Virus record (IMG/VR): IMGVR_UViG_3300048609_000087
Coordinates: 1 to 35,023 of that record
Strand: one strand, 5' to 3'
Source: a virus
Taxonomy: Duplodnaviria; Caudoviricetes
Length of the DNA: 35,023 nt
Position 1 is the stretch's first letter. Each line of letters opens with the position of its first letter. Positions 15,987 through 23,979 of this stretch are shown in pieces. The notes under the pieces were generated by a model. It made no database searches, had not been told where the DNA came from, and was given only the letters and a program-made list of their open reading frames with translations. The position numbers were made by a program, and so were the translations under genes.

Positions 15987-16352
15987 ATGGCCATCACAGG
16001 AATCCAATTGCGGTGCGGAACCGCGCAGACGAAGTCGATGGACCTCACGGCCATTGCGGCCGAGGTCGTCGCCGGCGCGATGGACTTTATCGGCGACACC
16101 ATCGGCGTCTACTACGCGACGGTCGCCGCCGGCGGGAAGGGCGCGATGTGCATCGCGGCCGACAAGATCCTGCTCCCCAAGATAGCGGGATCGGGCCTCA
16201 CGATCGCCCAGGGAGCGAAGCTCTACTTTACCGACGGCCAGGCGGGGGTCCGGGGCACGGCCGGCGGGACCCTCTGCGGGCGGGCCCTGAAGGCCGCCGC
16301 GGCGGACGACGACACGGTCCTCGCCGTATTCAACGGCGAAGTGGCCGCGTGA
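15987..16352 (+). CDS. Capsid cement/decoration protein (DUF2190-like)
   Basis: AAGGAGGT RBS; Ala/Gly-rich 121 aa with IAQGAKLYF and GRALKAAA; directly before the capsid gene. Confidence 0.7.
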   Translation: MAITGIQLRCGTAQTKSMDLTAIAAEVVAGAMDFIGDTIGVYYATVAAGGKGAMCIAADKILLPKIAGSGLTIAQGAKLYFTDGQAGVRGTAGGTLCGRALKAAAADDDTVLAVFNGEVAA

Positions 16353-16364
16353 CAGGAGGCTCAC

Positions 16365-17369
16365 ATGGAAGACAGAATCTTCAGCAACTACGCGAAGCTC
16401 GACTTCTCCACCAAGGAGGGCCGGAACAAGATCTTCGCCGCCGTCCAGTACTACGCGACCGAGAGGCCCAAGGAGGTCGCCAGGAAGTACAAGGCGGCCA
16501 TCCAGGCGTTCGGCGCCGCGGGGGACTTCCCGGCGGTCACGAACCAGATCCTCGAGAAGTTCCACGCGCTGCCGTCCTACGACAACGGCTTCGAGGAGAT
16601 CTTCAAGTTCACGGACTTCACGGGCACGAACGAGAGCGGATTCGACGTCCTCGACGTCGAGGACGGGCTGACCTTCGCCGAGGTGCCGATCGGCGAGAAG
16701 GCGCTCATCTACAAAATGGCCGGCTCGAAGGTGAGCGTTTCGTTCGGCATGTACGGCGCCGGCCTCGGCTGGCACCGGACGCTCATCGACGACAAGAAGT
16801 ACTGGACGCTCGAGGACAACGCCGTCGCGTTCGTCAACAAGGCAGCCCAGCACAAGGCGTCCTGCTACTACGCCTTGATCGAGGCCCTCGGGGCGGGCTA
16901 CAACATCACCTGGCAGAACCCCGATCCGGCCGCGCTCGCCAACACCGACGCGCTCTACACGGCCAACCGCGACACCCAGACGCTCAACAAGGCGGCCGAG
17001 ACGAAGTTCCTAGCTGTCAAGGACAAGGGCTACGGCGTCACGCCGTCGAATACGACCCTCATCGTCCTGACCCCGCTCCAGCTCGTCGGCAGGCTCAACA
17101 AGGCGCTCGGCTTGCTCCTCCAGGGATTCGCGGGCTCGCCGAACCAGGTCAGCTACAAGTTCCGGCTCCTCCCCACGACCATGCTCGACACGGCCACCGT
17201 CTACTACGTCTGCATCCCGAACGTCAAGGCGAAGGCTGGGAACCGGATGAACCTGACGATCTTCAACAAGTTCGATGAGGAGGCCTACGCGGACATCGCG
17301 GTCGGCTGGGAGCGGCACGGCGGGGCCATCTGCGACAGCGACCAATTCGCGAGGTGTGCGATCAGCTGA
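16365..17369 (+). CDS. Major capsid protein
   Basis: 334 aa, strong RBS, strongly biased codon usage, position after scaffold and cement genes. Confidence 0.8.
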   Translation: MEDRIFSNYAKLDFSTKEGRNKIFAAVQYYATERPKEVARKYKAAIQAFGAAGDFPAVTNQILEKFHALPSYDNGFEEIFKFTDFTGTNESGFDVLDVEDGLTFAEVPIGEKALIYKMAGSKVSVSFGMYGAGLGWHRTLIDDKKYWTLEDNAVAFVNKAAQHKASCYYALIEALGAGYNITWQNPDPAALANTDALYTANRDTQTLNKAAETKFLAVKDKGYGVTPSNTTLIVLTPLQLVGRLNKALGLLLQGFAGSPNQVSYKFRLLPTTMLDTATVYYVCIPNVKAKAGNRMNLTIFNKFDEEAYADIAVGWERHGGAICDSDQFARCAIS

Positions 17370-17377
17370 TTTCGAAA

Positions 17378-17432
17378 TAGGGGCATTCATCGATATGGAG
17401 GGGGGCCGTCAGGTCTCCCCTCCGGGCCTCTA
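17378..17432 (+). other. Nested stem-loop after the capsid gene (stabiliser/attenuator-like, no U tract)
   Basis: GGAGGGG-GGCC 17397-17407 / GGTC-T-CCCCTCC 17412-17423, enclosed by TAGGGGC 17378-17384 / GCCTCTA 17426-17432. Confidence 0.5.
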
Positions 17433-17440
17433 ACAGAATC

Positions 17441-19708
17441 ATGGGCGAAATGATAACGACGAGAAGCGCCAGGGTCCAGGAGATCCTCGAGCACACGCGC
17501 GCCGCGCGCGAGGCCGCAGCGAGGCAGCGCAACTGGGACGTGCTCAAGGCCCAGGGACGCGGCAGGGGTCCGCTCGAACCTTTCGTCCGCAAACCAGGCC
17601 CGGCGCGCCAGCTCTGGGAGGTCCTCCCGGACGGGTCCTGGTTCAACCAGCCATGCTTCATCATCGGCGGCGGACCGTCGCTCAAGGGCTTCGACTTCGA
17701 GCGCCTGCGCGGCGCCGGCCGCATTATTGCCATAAACAAGTCGTTCAGGGACGCGCCGTTCGCGGACATCATGTTCGCGATGGACTATCCATTCCTCGAA
17801 TGGGTTTCCCAAGGCAAGCTGGGCGACGACCATCGGCTGGCCTTCATGCGCTTCCTCGGCATGAAGGTCTGGGTCGATCTCAGCGGCTACGGATATCCGC
17901 AGGACATCTTCGTCGTGCCCTCGGCCGGCGAGCACGGCTGGACGAGATCGCTCAAGGACGGACTCTGCCACGGCCAGAACTCGGGCTACGCCGCGCTCAA
18001 CCTGGCGATCGTCCTCGGGGCCGACCCGATTTATCTCCTGGGTTACGACATGGCCAGAGGCGAGGACGGCGCCATGAACTACCACGACGGCTATCCGGTC
18101 GCCGCGGGCCCGAACGTGCTCGACACCTACCGGAAAAACTTCGAGGCCGGCGCGGCGCTCATCAAAGACGGCCCGCGAATCGTCAACCTCAATCCGCAGT
18201 CGGCGCTCAAGTGTTTTGATTTCGGCGACGTCGATAAGGTGCTCCCGTCCAGGCGAAGGGCGGACCCGGTGATCACGGTGATCACGCCCACGGGAGACCG
18301 GCCGCTTGCCTTCGCTTTGTGCCAACGATGGATGTCCCAACAGACGCGGAAGCCCGATCAATGGATCGTCGTGGACGACGGCAAGACGCGGCTTGAGGCT
18401 GACCTGGGACTTCTCTTTTCAAAGATGCCCGAGGGTGCTGTCGGTTTGCGGCGGGAACCGCAATCCGACGATCCGCCGCATACGCTTGTCGCTAATCTCA
18501 AAACGGCACTTCCGTTCATCATCGGCGACAAGATCCTCATCATGGAGGATGACGAATACTATGCACCTGGCTATATCGAGGAGATGGCGCGCCGGCTCGA
18601 CCAGCATGAGGTTGTCGGCATTATGAGGGCCAAATATTATCATCTTCCGACGGGCGGCTATGTGCAGATCGGGAATGCCGGGCATGCCTCACTCGCGGAA
18701 ACGGTTTTTCGTGGTTCATTTTTACCGGAAATCAAGGAACTCTTAAATGGGAACAGCGACCCATATTTAGACGTTAGGATATGGACAAAAGCTGGCGGCC
18801 GGGGACATCTTTTTGACGATGCCGACAAGCCGGTTTATTTGGGCATCAAAGGCTTGCCGGGCCGCGCTGGAATTGGTCAAGGCCATAATCCAGCCATGTA
18901 TGGCAATCATAAAGACACAGCCGACAGGGCGATGCTCAAGAAATGGATGCCGAAGGATTATCAGATTTATTTGGATATATTGAGCGGGAAGTTGACCAGT
19001 GAAAACTATCGATCATATTTTCCGCCGGATCTCCCGATCACCGGGATCACGGTCTGCTGGAACACGAAAGACCTTATCGAGCGCGCCTACAATTCAATCC
19101 GCAAATTCTACCCCACCATGCCGATCATCATCATCGACGGCTCTGATTCTCGCGATCCTTGCGCGAGTTATGTGCGCGGGCTGGCGTCGGACAATACGAC
19201 CGTCGTTTCGCTCGGCTATAATATCGGCCACGGGCGGGGAATGTGCATGGGCATTGAAAAAGCCAAGACTCCCTACGCCCTCATTTTCGATTCTGACATT
19301 GAACTGTTGGAAGCGTGCCTTCCCGCGATGTTAGCCGCGATGGAGCCGGACACATTCGGCGTCGGATACCTGGAGAAATCGGGATTTGATGGTTTTGTAT
19401 ACGGAACACATCCCCACCATGCACGGGAAGGTTGGATGCCAATTCTTCACCCGTATTTTCAGCTAATTGATATAAGAAATTATAAGAAATTTCATCCATA
19501 TGTTCATCATGGCATGCCTCCCTATTTGACAATGCTCGATATCCATAAGCGGGGGTTATCTGAAAAAATTCTAAAGCAATTCCCGGACCTAATAAACGGG
19601 ATCTCTAAATTCGTAGAACATCATTCCAGCGGGACGGGAGGCATGAGGATAGCGAAAGGGCTCCCGCATATCGAGGGGCCGTGGGTAAAGAATAGGGGGT
19701 TGGTCTGA
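17441..19708 (+). CDS. Three-domain glycosyltransferase: Maf/DUF115 (sialyltransferase-like) domain plus two GT-A (GT2-like) domains
   Basis: Domain 1 CFIIGGGPSL...IAINKS...NSGYAALNLAIVLGADPIYLLGYDM; domain 2 ITVITPTGDR...WIVVDDG...MEDDEYY; domain 3 ITGITVCWNT...IIIDGS...NIGHGRG...FDSDIE. Confidence 0.85.
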   Translation: MGEMITTRSARVQEILEHTRAAREAAARQRNWDVLKAQGRGRGPLEPFVRKPGPARQLWEVLPDGSWFNQPCFIIGGGPSLKGFDFERLRGAGRIIAINKSFRDAPFADIMFAMDYPFLEWVSQGKLGDDHRLAFMRFLGMKVWVDLSGYGYPQDIFVVPSAGEHGWTRSLKDGLCHGQNSGYAALNLAIVLGADPIYLLGYDMARGEDGAMNYHDGYPVAAGPNVLDTYRKNFEAGAALIKDGPRIVNLNPQSALKCFDFGDVDKVLPSRRRADPVITVITPTGDRPLAFALCQRWMSQQTRKPDQWIVVDDGKTRLEADLGLLFSKMPEGAVGLRREPQSDDPPHTLVANLKTALPFIIGDKILIMEDDEYYAPGYIEEMARRLDQHEVVGIMRAKYYHLPTGGYVQIGNAGHASLAETVFRGSFLPEIKELLNGNSDPYLDVRIWTKAGGRGHLFDDADKPVYLGIKGLPGRAGIGQGHNPAMYGNHKDTADRAMLKKWMPKDYQIYLDILSGKLTSENYRSYFPPDLPITGITVCWNTKDLIERAYNSIRKFYPTMPIIIIDGSDSRDPCASYVRGLASDNTTVVSLGYNIGHGRGMCMGIEKAKTPYALIFDSDIELLEACLPAMLAAMEPDTFGVGYLEKSGFDGFVYGTHPHHAREGWMPILHPYFQLIDIRNYKKFHPYVHHGMPPYLTMLDIHKRGLSEKILKQFPDLINGISKFVEHHSSGTGGMRIAKGLPHIEGPWVKNRGLV

Positions 19709-20202
19709 TGCACGACCTAAGTTATAGGGAGATGGCGGCCAACATAAAGAACCACCTCGGCGCCCTACCCGCCGGAGCGTTGATCGTGGATATTGGCTCC
19801 ATGAATCTCAATGGGAGCTATCGCCCACTCATTGAACCTCGCTGGCAATATCGTGGAATTGACCTAGTGGCGGGGAATAACGTTGACCTCATCATGCGCT
19901 CAGAATTCGACACGGGGCTTTTGGCCGACTCCGTCGATGCTGTTCTCTGTGGCCAATGCCTAGAACATTGCCGAGATCCGTTTCGGCTCATGGCCGAGAT
20001 GGGGAGGATTGCGAAGCCCGACGCAATGTTACTTATCACTGCTCCCAGGGAATGGGAAGAACACCGATTCCCGATTGATTGCTGGAGATTCTTGCCGGAC
20101 GGGATGCGGATACTCTTTGAACGGGCTGGTGCCACGTGCCTAGAAGCATACGTCAACGGGACGGATTGTTGGGGCATTGGAAGGAAGAAACCAGGAGGCT
20201 AA
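19708..20202 (+). CDS. Class I SAM-dependent methyltransferase (glycan/small-molecule type)
   Basis: IVDIGS, GIDL, DAVLCGQCLEH, HRFPIDCWRF; TGATG-coupled to the glycosyltransferase. Confidence 0.85.
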   Translation: MHDLSYREMAANIKNHLGALPAGALIVDIGSMNLNGSYRPLIEPRWQYRGIDLVAGNNVDLIMRSEFDTGLLADSVDAVLCGQCLEHCRDPFRLMAEMGRIAKPDAMLLITAPREWEEHRFPIDCWRFLPDGMRILFERAGATCLEAYVNGTDCWGIGRKKPGG

Positions 20203-20203
20203 C

Positions 20204-20668
20204 ATGACGATAGGCTGGACTGACCTCACCGCGGCAAATATATTCTTCTCGATCAAGCGCCTTGAGTCCACCGCCTGGGACGCGCTGATGGTCACGAGCG
20301 CGAAAGACGAGAAATCGGCCGTACTCCGTATGGCCTACGACAGGCTCCGCTTTTGCAGGGACTTCTCGATCCCGGCGACCCCGACGGCCGACCAGACCGA
20401 GCGACTCCAGACCGCGCAATGCGAGACCGCGTACTATCTGGCCCAGCATCTGGCGTCCGAGGACCGTCGCAAGGGGATCCAGGCCCAGGGCGTCGTCGGC
20501 GCCGGCGTCGTCAAGGAGACCTACGCCGAGTCCAACCTGTCGACGATCCCGCTGCCGCCGATCGTCTACGAGATCATGAAGGAGTTCAACGACGCGCTTC
20601 CGTTCTACGTCCGGGAGGTCGCTCGGGACGAGAACGAGGCGGTCGACAAGGACGTCTCGGAGTTCTGA
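20204..20668 (+). CDS. Head-tail connector/adaptor
   Basis: AGGAGG RBS; ANIFF...W...K..VLRMAYDRL...AQCETAYY pattern; position after the capsid region. Confidence 0.65.
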   Translation: MTIGWTDLTAANIFFSIKRLESTAWDALMVTSAKDEKSAVLRMAYDRLRFCRDFSIPATPTADQTERLQTAQCETAYYLAQHLASEDRRKGIQAQGVVGAGVVKETYAESNLSTIPLPPIVYEIMKEFNDALPFYVREVARDENEAVDKDVSEF

Positions 20669-20669
20669 C

Positions 20670-21566
20670 ATGGCGAAGCTCCCGCTCGTTCCGCTGAAGT
20701 CGAGGATCGCGGCCATCGGGCGCGCCTACGCGGGCGCGGCCGATGCAGTCGTCGCGACCCTGTCCTCGTTGGATCCGGAGACCTTCACCGCCTCGAAGGG
20801 CGGCGTGGCGCTTTCCAGGATTGCGGAGATCGTCGGCTCGCTCGACTCGGGCGTAAAGCGCTGGGCCCGGGCTTCGATCAGCGCCGCCTACAAGGAGGGC
20901 GCGGACGTCTCCAGGACGAGACTCGAGGCGATCGGCGCGAGCCGGCTGCCGGCCAGGAGCCGGAAGGCGGGACGCCACGAGCGGAAGATCGATGCTCTGA
21001 CGAGGACCGTCATGAAGGACTACTGGGAGGCAAACCGGACGATAGAGAAGACCGCGCGGAAATACATCGCGCTCGTCGGGCTCGCGGCGCAGGAAGTCCG
21101 GAAAATCGAGGCCTTCGCCAGCGACGCGGACTTCCCGTACATCAAGCGGATCGTCAAGGTCGCGAAGGGGACCGGAATCGCTGAGTCCCAGAGCCGAACC
21201 GCGGTGAGCCGGAAGATCCTGGAGCATCTCAGGAGGAAACTAAGCGGCGGCGACTTCATCGAGATAAACGGCCGCCACTACAACCTCCGCGCCTACTCGG
21301 AACTCGTCGCGCGCACGCGGATGCGCGAGGCCCAGACCGAGGCGACGAAGGAGATGTGCGCGGAGTTCGAGAACGACCTTGTTGAGATCCCGCCGCATGA
21401 CAATCCGTGTGAGGAGTGCGCGCCCTACCAAGGTCAGGTCTACTCGATAAGCGGGAACCACCCGAAGTACGAGCTCCTCCCGGACGGGGGTCCGCCCTGG
21501 CACCCGCACTGCGAGGACGTCTGTAACCCGACGTCCGAGAACGCTCAACGGCTGAGGAATGCATGA
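20670..21566 (+). CDS. Minor capsid / head morphogenesis protein (SPP1 gp7 / Mu gpF-like)
   Basis: YSELVARTRMREA, CEECAPYQGQVYS, PPWHPHCED. Confidence 0.8.
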   Translation: MAKLPLVPLKSRIAAIGRAYAGAADAVVATLSSLDPETFTASKGGVALSRIAEIVGSLDSGVKRWARASISAAYKEGADVSRTRLEAIGASRLPARSRKAGRHERKIDALTRTVMKDYWEANRTIEKTARKYIALVGLAAQEVRKIEAFASDADFPYIKRIVKVAKGTGIAESQSRTAVSRKILEHLRRKLSGGDFIEINGRHYNLRAYSELVARTRMREAQTEATKEMCAEFENDLVEIPPHDNPCEECAPYQGQVYSISGNHPKYELLPDGGPPWHPHCEDVCNPTSENAQRLRNA

Positions 21567-21862
21567 TCGACATCTACATGACCAACCCGGTGACGCTGAA
21601 GCGGCTGGCATCGAGGGACCAATGGAACGAGCCGACCTACACGACGACTGCGCTCATGGCGAAGGTCGACTCGAAGACCAGGCTCGTGAGGGACTTGAAG
21701 GGCGAACAGGTCGTTTCGTCGGCCCTCGTCTATCTTCCGGGCTCGGTGGCCGCAGTGAGCCATGAGGACAGGGTCATCATCGACGGGGTCGAGCACGTGA
21801 TTATCGCGATCCAGAAGATGGCGGACTTCGAATTCTCGCACTGGGAGCTCTACATAGCATGA
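21563..21862 (+). CDS. Head-closure protein (putative)
   Basis: 99-aa beta-rich protein (DQWNEP, VRDLKGEQVVSSALVY, DRVIIDG); neck-gene synteny. Confidence 0.6.
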   Translation: MIDIYMTNPVTLKRLASRDQWNEPTYTTTALMAKVDSKTRLVRDLKGEQVVSSALVYLPGSVAAVSHEDRVIIDGVEHVIIAIQKMADFEFSHWELYIA

Positions 21863-22344
21863 AAGACGACGCGACCTTCAACCTGGACTGGACGAACTTC
21901 AACGAGAGGTTCCTCGAGTACGCGCTGAAGACCGCGCCGGAAGCCGCCGAGAAGGGGATGTTCGAGGCGCTCTCCGAGTTGAAGAACGACGCTGATAACG
22001 TCACGCCCAAGACGCCGCTCCTCGAAGGGAACCTCCGCGGCGACGTCACGCTCATCCTCGAGGGCATAACGCAGAGCAAGATCGTCGAGAAATCGGGCGG
22101 GAAGAGTCCGGGCCACCGCAAGGGCGGCGCGACGGCGGCCGAGCGCCACGGGGCCAAGGATATTATAGCCAAGATCGTCTTCCGGATGCCCTACGCGGCG
22201 AAGTGGCACGAGGCCGTCAACAAGAAGGTCAACTGGTCGGAGGACGGCGCCGGGCCGAAGTACCTGGAGTCGAAGCTCGCGATGTTTAAGACCAAGTACA
22301 TGAAGATCGTGGCCGCGGCGGTGAAGGTCGTCACGGGAGGATAA
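21859..22344 (+). CDS. HK97 gp10-like neck/tail-completion protein
   Basis: TPLLEGNLRG, PYAAKWHE, GPKYLE motifs. Confidence 0.7.
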   Translation: MKDDATFNLDWTNFNERFLEYALKTAPEAAEKGMFEALSELKNDADNVTPKTPLLEGNLRGDVTLILEGITQSKIVEKSGGKSPGHRKGGATAAERHGAKDIIAKIVFRMPYAAKWHEAVNKKVNWSEDGAGPKYLESKLAMFKTKYMKIVAAAVKVVTGG

Positions 22345-22345
22345 G

Positions 22346-22756
22346 GTGCTGCAGGAGATATCGAACTGGATCGTCTCGCGGGTCCCGGGCCTCACGAAGG
22401 GCGCCAACGTCCAGGTCGGATGGAGGGCCCAGGATGCGCCCGTGCGCTGCCACGCCTTCCTGGAGTCCGGAGCCTCGCCCGTCATCTTCGACCTCCCGGA
22501 CCGGGTCGATTTCATGCTCCAGGTCGCGACGCGCGGCGAAACTTACCTCCAGGCCCGGGCCGATGCCTGGGTGATCTTCGAGGCCCTGCACGGCACGGTG
22601 GGATGGAACATCCCGGCCCTCGTCACGGGCGGCCAGGCCTACGTCGCGCAAGTCATCGAGGCCTTGGCCGCGCCGCAATGGATCGGCGAGGACGAGAAGC
22701 ACAACCACGAGTTCAGCACGAACTACATGTTCAAGATGAAGAAGGCGGGACTATGA
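22346..22756 (+). CDS. Tail terminator protein (putative)
   Basis: GTG start after GGAGG; QVATRG..Y..A...A..IFEALH and IGEDEKHNHEFSTNY; directly upstream of the tail tube gene. Confidence 0.65.
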   Translation: MLQEISNWIVSRVPGLTKGANVQVGWRAQDAPVRCHAFLESGASPVIFDLPDRVDFMLQVATRGETYLQARADAWVIFEALHGTVGWNIPALVTGGQAYVAQVIEALAAPQWIGEDEKHNHEFSTNYMFKMKKAGL

Positions 22757-22811
22757 AAAAAACAAACGGACGGACGGAGGCCCGTCCGCAATAATCTTTA
22801 GGAGGTGCTAA

Positions 22812-23315
22812 ATGGCACTGCCAATTGGCGACATCAACCCGGTACAGGTGCTGTGGAACGCCATCGACCTCGGGCCCACGTTCGGGGGCGTGAAGTTCAA
22901 CGAGGAGCTCACGAAGAAGGAGATCTTCGAGGACGGCCACGGCAAGACGCCCGTCGACGCCGTCACGACCGGCAGGCTCACGGGCGTCGTCGCGAAATTC
23001 ACGCGTTCGAGCCTTGCCCAGCTCGAGAAGATGATCGAAAGCTCGACCGCCGGCGTGAACAACCTCAAGGTCATCAACTCGGTCGGGAATCCCATGTTCG
23101 TCCGGTCTATGGAGCTCATCCTCAAGAAGCTCGTGGACAACACGCCGTCTGTGCTGCCTGCTGAGTGGCTCCACATCCACCGCACGTTCCCGATCGCGAA
23201 GCCGAGCTTCGACTTCGACAACGACAACCAGAGGCTCATCGAGGTCGAGTTCATGTGCTTCCCGGACGACGCCTCGGGCCAGGTCAACGAGATCTGGAGG
23301 ATGGGCCCGGCCTGA
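22812..23315 (+). CDS. Major tail (tube) protein
   Basis: TAGGAGGT RBS; DLGPTFGGVKF; 167-aa beta-rich; precedes chaperone and tape measure. Confidence 0.8.
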   Translation: MALPIGDINPVQVLWNAIDLGPTFGGVKFNEELTKKEIFEDGHGKTPVDAVTTGRLTGVVAKFTRSSLAQLEKMIESSTAGVNNLKVINSVGNPMFVRSMELILKKLVDNTPSVLPAEWLHIHRTFPIAKPSFDFDNDNQRLIEVEFMCFPDDASGQVNEIWRMGPA

Positions 23316-23329
23316 GATAAGGAGCCGAT

Positions 23330-23707
23330 ATGAGCGATTTCAAAATCGGCGGAGATCTCTATCGCCCGCTCTCCGTGGAGATTTCGGGCAGGGAGTTCAC
23401 CGTCAAGAAAATCAACCAGAAGCGGATGAGGGAGCTCGAGCAACTCGACCTGGAGCTGGCCGAGTTCAAGAAGACGCTCGGCCCGGATATCTATCCGTAC
23501 CGGAAAATCGACAACACGTACCGCCAGCTCGAACTTCTCTTCGCACCGGAGGCCCATGAGGCGATCCATGACCTCGACGTCATGGAGGCGACCGATCTCC
23601 TACAGCACGTCGTGAACAAGATCTTCGAGCCCAGGAAGAAGGCGGAGACCCCGGAGGCGGAGGCGGAAAAAAACGGGCCGAAGCCTGGGGACGTGACTGC
23701 GCCGTAA
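23330..23707 (+). CDS. Tail assembly chaperone (gpG-like)
   Basis: Between tail tube and tape measure; ends just after the slippery GAA AAA AAC. Confidence 0.8.
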   Translation: MSDFKIGGDLYRPLSVEISGREFTVKKINQKRMRELEQLDLELAEFKKTLGPDIYPYRKIDNTYRQLELLFAPEAHEAIHDLDVMEATDLLQHVVNKIFEPRKKAETPEAEAEKNGPKPGDVTAP

Positions 23708-23979
23708 TCGCGGCGGCGCTCCCCGGGCTCTTCTCTTTCGCCGATCTCTTGGAGATGGACCTCCGGGAGGTGCGGTTCTGGACGGCCGAGGCTAAACGCG
23801 CGAACGACCTCAGGGAGGCGAGCATGGCCGAAGCTGCGAGATGGGCGTACGGCGCCGACTCAAACGCTTTCAGCGGATATGTCCGGCGCCTGACGTCCCA
23901 GCCGCTGATCCTGCGGACTGGCTCGACCAAGGAAGGCGACGATAACTGGGAGCGGATGAAGATTAGGAGGAGGGGATAA
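23330..23979 (+). CDS. Tail assembly chaperone gpGT-like, produced by -1 frameshift at 23668-23674
   Basis: Heptamer A AAA AAC; the -1 frame is open from 23671 (KRAEAWGRDCAVI...) into ORF 23749-23979, ending at the tape measure start. Confidence 0.8.
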
